Assembly (NCBI GenBank): GCA_963842085.1
Contig: CAWJET010000001.1
Location: 1,568,001-1,632,000, forward strand
Direction of reading: 5' to 3'
DNA from: an uncultured delta proteobacterium
Lineage (GTDB): Bacteria > Desulfobacterota > Binatia > Binatales > Binataceae
Length of the DNA: 64,000 bases
The notes beneath the pieces are model-generated. The model did no database searches, was not told where the DNA came from, and was given only the letters and a program-made list of their open reading frames with translations. The position numbers were made by a program, and so were the translations under genes. Each line of letters starts with the position of its first letter. Positions within the stretch are counted from its first letter, which is position 1. Below, one piece after another: positions 59,224-64,000 of this stretch.

Positions 59224-60663
59224 ATGACGGGAAGTTCGCGCACGCACGGGAGAGTCGCGGTAAGCACTTGGACCGTGCTAGTTCTGGTAGCCGCGTTGCT
59301 TATTGGGCTCAAGGTTGTAAACGCGAGCGATCTGAAGTTGCTTGGCGTTGGCAGCGCACTGATCCTGTTTTCCCTGCTAGCGTTGGCCGTGTCGCAACAG
59401 CTGAGTTACGCGATTAGAAGCAGGGATAGGTTTCTCACCGGCGCAATTTGGATAGTGACGGTGGTGTTGGCCGTCAAGACCGCTTGTCTGTTGCTGATAA
59501 GGGGCTTTGACTTCGACGTATTTCACTTTCTGTCGTGGGCGATTCGCATTGCTGACGTCGGACCGGGACATTACTATCAGCCCGGACACCTTCTGGCGTA
59601 CACACCTGGTTATCTGTATGTCCTGTGGATCCCCGGCGCTTTGAGTCGAGCACTGGGAGAGGGCGGACGGATTCTTATCCGTATGCCCCCCGTGTTTGCG
59701 GACGCGGTACTCGCGCTGGTGGTGCTCACATTCGTACAGCGAAGCAGGCAACGCGCGTCTGCGCTCGCGGCAATGCTGATGGTTGCACTGAACCCGGCAC
59801 TTGTGTTCGACACCGTAGTCTGGGGCCAGAACGACTCGGTCTTCGCGCTCGCAGCGTGGTTGAGCGCGGTGACGATCTTGGCGCGCAAAAACGAGTTAGC
59901 CTGGGCGCTTGCGGCCATATCCATACTCATCGATCCCTTGGGCTTGATTCTGTTGCCAGTCCTAGCTCTATGGATGCTGGCGGTGGGAGACGGCGCGCTT
60001 TTGTGGCGTTCGCTTGGAGTTGCGCTAGCCGTTTTTCTTATTGGACTAGTTCCGTTTCAGTTCGGGCATCAATGGAATGGGATTCTGGATAGCTCCCTGT
60101 CGTCGATGGCGGCTTACCGCCGGGAGACCGTTGTGTACGCGTTCAATTTCGCCACACTGTTTGGCGGTCTGAAGCCGACCGGCGCGGGGATTCTGGCTGG
60201 GGTCTCCTACTTCTCGGTCGAAGTGATTTCGCTGACGTCAACCTTTGGATTCGCGGGATTCTACGTCTATCACCTGCGCAGCGCCTCCGCATTTTTTTAT
60301 TCAGTCTTTCTGATGACTTTTGGATACTTCCTTTTTGCACAATGGATGTACCCACATTGTCTTTTTGTATCGATTGTCGCAGCCGTTCCTCTCGCGTTGG
60401 AAAGTGCCGAGATGATGCTGGTGTTCTCGATTGTGACTCTGACCTGTCTGTTCAACCTCGCCTACGTTTTTCACACCCTCGCTGGCGGTCAGCAGCTTGG
60501 AGTGCGGGACGAGCTTTCGATGATTTGTGCTATGCTCAATGTGCTGGCATTCATTGCAGCAGTCCACTTTGGCGTCAAATCAGCGCGAATTGGCAGCGTC
60601 CGGAGAGACCGCGTGATCACCAATGGCCTGATGGGATTGAAGCTCCCTCGCTCCTCGTTGTGA
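59224..60663 (+). CDS. GT-C fold membrane glycosyltransferase (mannosyltransferase-like)
   Basis: DVFHFLSWA, YTPGYLYVLW, MPPVFAD, LNPALVFDTVVWGQNDS. Many TM segments. Confidence 0.78.
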   Translation: MTGSSRTHGRVAVSTWTVLVLVAALLIGLKVVNASDLKLLGVGSALILFSLLALAVSQQLSYAIRSRDRFLTGAIWIVTVVLAVKTACLLLIRGFDFDVFHFLSWAIRIADVGPGHYYQPGHLLAYTPGYLYVLWIPGALSRALGEGGRILIRMPPVFADAVLALVVLTFVQRSRQRASALAAMLMVALNPALVFDTVVWGQNDSVFALAAWLSAVTILARKNELAWALAAISILIDPLGLILLPVLALWMLAVGDGALLWRSLGVALAVFLIGLVPFQFGHQWNGILDSSLSSMAAYRRETVVYAFNFATLFGGLKPTGAGILAGVSYFSVEVISLTSTFGFAGFYVYHLRSASAFFYSVFLMTFGYFLFAQWMYPHCLFVSIVAAVPLALESAEMMLVFSIVTLTCLFNLAYVFHTLAGGQQLGVRDELSMICAMLNVLAFIAAVHFGVKSARIGSVRRDRVITNGLMGLKLPRSSL

Positions 60664-61205
60664 TGGCTTTTGCCATCCCGGCCCATTCAGAGGCCGTTTT
60701 GGAAAGCGAGGGCTGGGTCCATCCCATCAGGCCACCAAAGACCCACTCGACCCCAACTCCTGGTGGGTTACCAGAATCAGCAGCGTCGTGATTGGTTCGG
60801 CATGGAATTACGCAGTGTCTTCGGTCTTCACCTGGAGCCGGTGCTGAAGCACGCTGCTCCGGTATCTTCTTTCGTGCACGATTTCGTCAGATCGAACACC
60901 CTCCTGACCGAGGTCTGCGCTACCGCGATCGCGGCATGTGCGGTGCCAGCGGAATTCTTGCTGGGATCGGCGTTTGGGGTTAGATGGCATGCACCACATG
61001 TCGGCGCTGCGCCTCGGCCGCTTTCCCCGTCAGCAAAAGTTGGACAGGTAGTGGGACTGCAGCTCGCTGAAGACCCGAGTCCTTCAATTTGAGGAGCGAC
61101 CAGGTAAAGTAACTATCACCATTTCCTCACTGCGATTCTAACGGAGTTCTGATCGGGCACGACAGAGGCTTCCGCTTATTAAATGGCTAGCGCATGTTTT
61201 CGGAA

Positions 61206-62360
61206 CTAGCCGACTATGCTTCGGTCCGCGTCCAGGATTCTCTCAAAAAATTCGATATATTGTCGCGCGACTCGAGGGCAAGAATAGTGGCTAATCGCAC
61301 GGGCACGCGCCGCGACGCTAAGATCGCGGCGCTGACGCTCATCGCCGAGCAACCTCTCCAACGCATCCGTCCAAGCGTGTCTATCACTCTCCCCCACTAC
61401 GATTCCCGCATCACCGATGACGTAAGGTATTTCGCCGCTGTCGCTGCCAATCACGGGCACCCCTGACGAGAATGCTTCGGCGATCACCCTTCCAAACTGC
61501 TCACGCCAGTTCTGGGTAGTTTGGCTCGGCACGCAAAGTACATCGATCGCGTTCATGTAGGCAGGCACTTGATGATGAGAGACGCCAGTTAGCACGCGCA
61601 CCTTGTCTCCGTAGCGCTTCGCCCACAGGTCGATCGCTGACTTCATAGGCCCCCCGCCGACGAACAACGCGCGCCAGGGAGCTTCGACCTCATCCAGCGC
61701 GGACATCAGCAGATTCAAGCCTTTCTCGGTAACGAACCGGCCCACATACCCTACGATCGGAGTGCGACGTTCGTCCCAGCCTAGACTCTGCTTTATTGAC
61801 GCACCCGCTTCCCTATCTGGCCGAAAGCTGTCCGTGTCTACAAACAGAGGTATTACACCGCTGGGCTTACCAACGAACCCTCGCTTGGTTTGTACCTCCA
61901 TCGTGGTCAATCCCATAGCTAACCAACCGCGAGCTCTCCGAAAGCAGAATCTTTCGATCTGAGCGAATGGCAATACATAGTTCTTCGCTATGTTCTGGGC
62001 CGTCCAGTACACGAGCGGTACCTTCTTGGGCGTCAATGCCGCGATCTGACCTCCAGCGATAATGTAGGGCTCTTCCCACATGTGCACAATGTTCCAACTG
62101 CCGTTAAGAAGCTCTCGCAGTTTCAAGCTATAGAAAAAAAAATGAATGTGGCGCGCTAAATTAACCCGCAGCTGATGAACAACGAATGCCTCGGAAGGGT
62201 CGACTACTGTCCTGATCGGCGCAAGATCTCCGGGAAATGCAACTGGAGCTACGGCGACGACCTCCCATTTCGGGCTCCCTATCTTGGCGATCCAGTGCGG
62301 GAGTCTGCGATTCAGTCCGACAGTGTACGAGTGCGCAATGGACAACAATCTGAGCTTCAT
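61206..62360 (-). CDS. Glycosyltransferase family 4
   Basis: HMWEEPY, GRFVTEKG, PSQTTQNWREQFGRVIAEAFSSGVPVIGSDSGEIP. Confidence 0.92.
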   Translation of the reverse strand: MKLRLLSIAHSYTVGLNRRLPHWIAKIGSPKWEVVAVAPVAFPGDLAPIRTVVDPSEAFVVHQLRVNLARHIHFFFYSLKLRELLNGSWNIVHMWEEPYIIAGGQIAALTPKKVPLVYWTAQNIAKNYVLPFAQIERFCFRRARGWLAMGLTTMEVQTKRGFVGKPSGVIPLFVDTDSFRPDREAGASIKQSLGWDERRTPIVGYVGRFVTEKGLNLLMSALDEVEAPWRALFVGGGPMKSAIDLWAKRYGDKVRVLTGVSHHQVPAYMNAIDVLCVPSQTTQNWREQFGRVIAEAFSSGVPVIGSDSGEIPYVIGDAGIVVGESDRHAWTDALERLLGDERQRRDLSVAARARAISHYSCPRVARQYIEFFERILDADRSIVG

Positions 62361-63092
62361 CGAGATGAAGTCACGGGAAGTGGGTACACACGTCTATTAA
62401 AAGTGTAAAGTAAAGTCAAGAGGGATTTTTCAATAGAGAAACTCAAATGGTGTTAAGACGTGCGTTCCAAATCAGTGATCTTGCTATCCCTACTTACAAT
62501 GGCGCTGTCCGTAATGCCAAGACGGCCTCGGATTCTGGTTCGATGCTCAGCTTTTTGCTCCTCGCGACTAGGAAATAGGGGCCCATCCGGGTGCGGTCAT
62601 GGCGCGCCGAGCGCCCATAGTCAGCACCCGACCGACAAGATACGGGTGGTTCCAGCCGGTGAAGCCGTCGCAAATACGCTAGAGCAAGTGTTCGTAACCG
62701 TGGAACACGGGAGTGGACAAAGGCCGGCGCGGAGCGAGAAATGGCCCTATCGCGTCGCCGCTACTAATCACTATCGGCGCCGCCGAACAACAATTCGCCT
62801 CAATCAGGGAGAGGCCACCCCGCCGAAGAACTCGAAGCTAACGTTGTGCCTTCGCAGAAGGCTTCGCTGCTCTCCGCAGGATAGGCGCACCAGGCTATCT
62901 CGCGCTCTTCGCGCAGCTTCGTTCGCGCTTTGATCAGGTTTCGAGGGGCTACAGGAGCGTTTGCGTCAGAAACGTGGATAGAATAAAATAAATTTGTGTC
63001 AAAGAGTGATTAAGTCAGTTAAATGGGATTGAAGGGAGGGGGGCTGACTTATCGTTGGCTGGGTCGTTGTATCGGCGAACCGGAAGCATATT

Positions 63093-64000
63093 ATGTCGAA
63101 GATCAGAACAAGCGTCCTGGTCGCTAGTTTTCGCAGACCACAAAAGCTGACCGTTTGTCTGCGCAGCTTAGCCGAGCAGACCATGCAGCCCGACGAAGTT
63201 GTCGTCGCCTGGCAGGGGAACGACACAGGGACCGCGGCTGCCGCTTTACAGATGCGCGCGCGGTTACCCTTCCATCTGCGACTAGTGCACAGTTCGATTA
63301 CGGGTATCGTTCCGGCGGAGAACGCCGCCCTGGACGCGGCCTCAGGTGATATAGTTCTGTTGATCGATGACGATGCGATAGGCCCTCCGCAATGGGTTGC
63401 TTCACACGTATTTCACTATAGCGACCCCAAAGTCGGGGCCGTCGGAGGACCCTACGACAATTACCGAACGGACGGCACTGCCTTTCCCAAGCGGGCCCGG
63501 GAACCGATCGGCAGAATTACATGGTACGGAAGGCTGCTCGGCAACATGTACGATCACCCGCCGGAATGGCAGCAACGCTCTCCACGAGAAGTCGACTATC
63601 TAGTCGGAAACAATATGAGTCTGCGGCGCGCTGCATTCGACCGGTTTGAGGCGGGCCTTGCGCCGTACTGGCAGAGTTTCGAAATCGACGCTTGCTTGCA
63701 AGTCAAAGCGAAGGGTTACAAGGTAATTTTTGACTTCGCGAATAAGCAGCAACATTACCCTACTGGCTATGCCTACTCGTCTGAGAGATCAGGTGATTTA
63801 GCGGCTAAAATATATAATGCAGCTCACAATCAGGCGTTCGTGCTGGCCAAGCACAGCCCTTGGTTCTTGCGAACGTTTCGGCTTGCATATCTTTTGCTAG
63901 TCGGATCGATCGGCACGCCGGGCCTGGCTTCCCTACCACTGGCGGTGATGCGGTACGGTGATCTACCGCGGGAAATTGCGATCCTGAAGAAAACTTTGGC
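63093..64000 (+). CDS. Glycosyltransferase family 2 (runs off the window end; missing from the ORF track)
   Basis: Manual translation from ATG 63093: MSKIRTSVLVASFRRPQKLTVCLRSL..AENAALDAASGDIVLLIDDD..VGNNMSLRR. Open to 64000. Confidence 0.9.
   Translation, partial: MSKIRTSVLVASFRRPQKLTVCLRSLAEQTMQPDEVVVAWQGNDTGTAAAALQMRARLPFHLRLVHSSITGIVPAENAALDAASGDIVLLIDDDAIGPPQWVASHVFHYSDPKVGAVGGPYDNYRTDGTAFPKRAREPIGRITWYGRLLGNMYDHPPEWQQRSPREVDYLVGNNMSLRRAAFDRFEAGLAPYWQSFEIDACLQVKAKGYKVIFDFANKQQHYPTGYAYSSERSGDLAAKIYNAAHNQAFVLAKHSPWFLRTFRLAYLLLVGSIGTPGLASLPLAVMRYGDLPREIAILKKTL

Noticed and set aside
60670-61092. ORF 60670-61092(+) and an antisense frame containing APTCGACH (CxxCH)
   Set aside because: The antisense frame lacks a start or signal peptide and stops soon after. 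Neither frame can be assigned, so it is a chance motif or an unrecognisable remnant.
62460-62933. 157-aa ORF between the divergent glycosyltransferases
   Set aside because: Arg/Ser-rich, no motif, and lies in a probable promoter region.

Overview
GC-rich bacterial window; the Pro/Thr-linker secreted proteins and the HTH_17 type suggest Candidatus Binatota, which is inference only. The right half (about 38-64 kb) is a large Wzx/Wzy-type exopolysaccharide locus: wza, wzc, flippase, putative polymerase, many GT4/GT2 genes, a WecA/MraY-type initiator, a methyltransferase and a GT-C membrane protein. The left half is an accessory cell-surface region with three copies of a large secreted uncharacterised mono-haem (CADCH) protein, two of which form a 3.26-kb inverted repeat. 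It also holds a secreted PQQ-like beta-propeller protein, an Ig-domain putative glycoside hydrolase, an NHL protein, a GMC oxidoreductase/aldo-keto reductase pair, an exosortase E-CAAX protease fusion next to a 67-aa VPEID-CTERM-type micropeptide, PMM/PGM and several GT-C-like membrane proteins. One ~201-aa module is shared at near nucleotide identity, five times, between the cytochrome-like and propeller genes. IS3, IS256 and IS110 remnants and several pseudogenes show ongoing remodelling. No rRNA, tRNA, CRISPR array, reverse transcriptase or site-specific recombinase was recognised.
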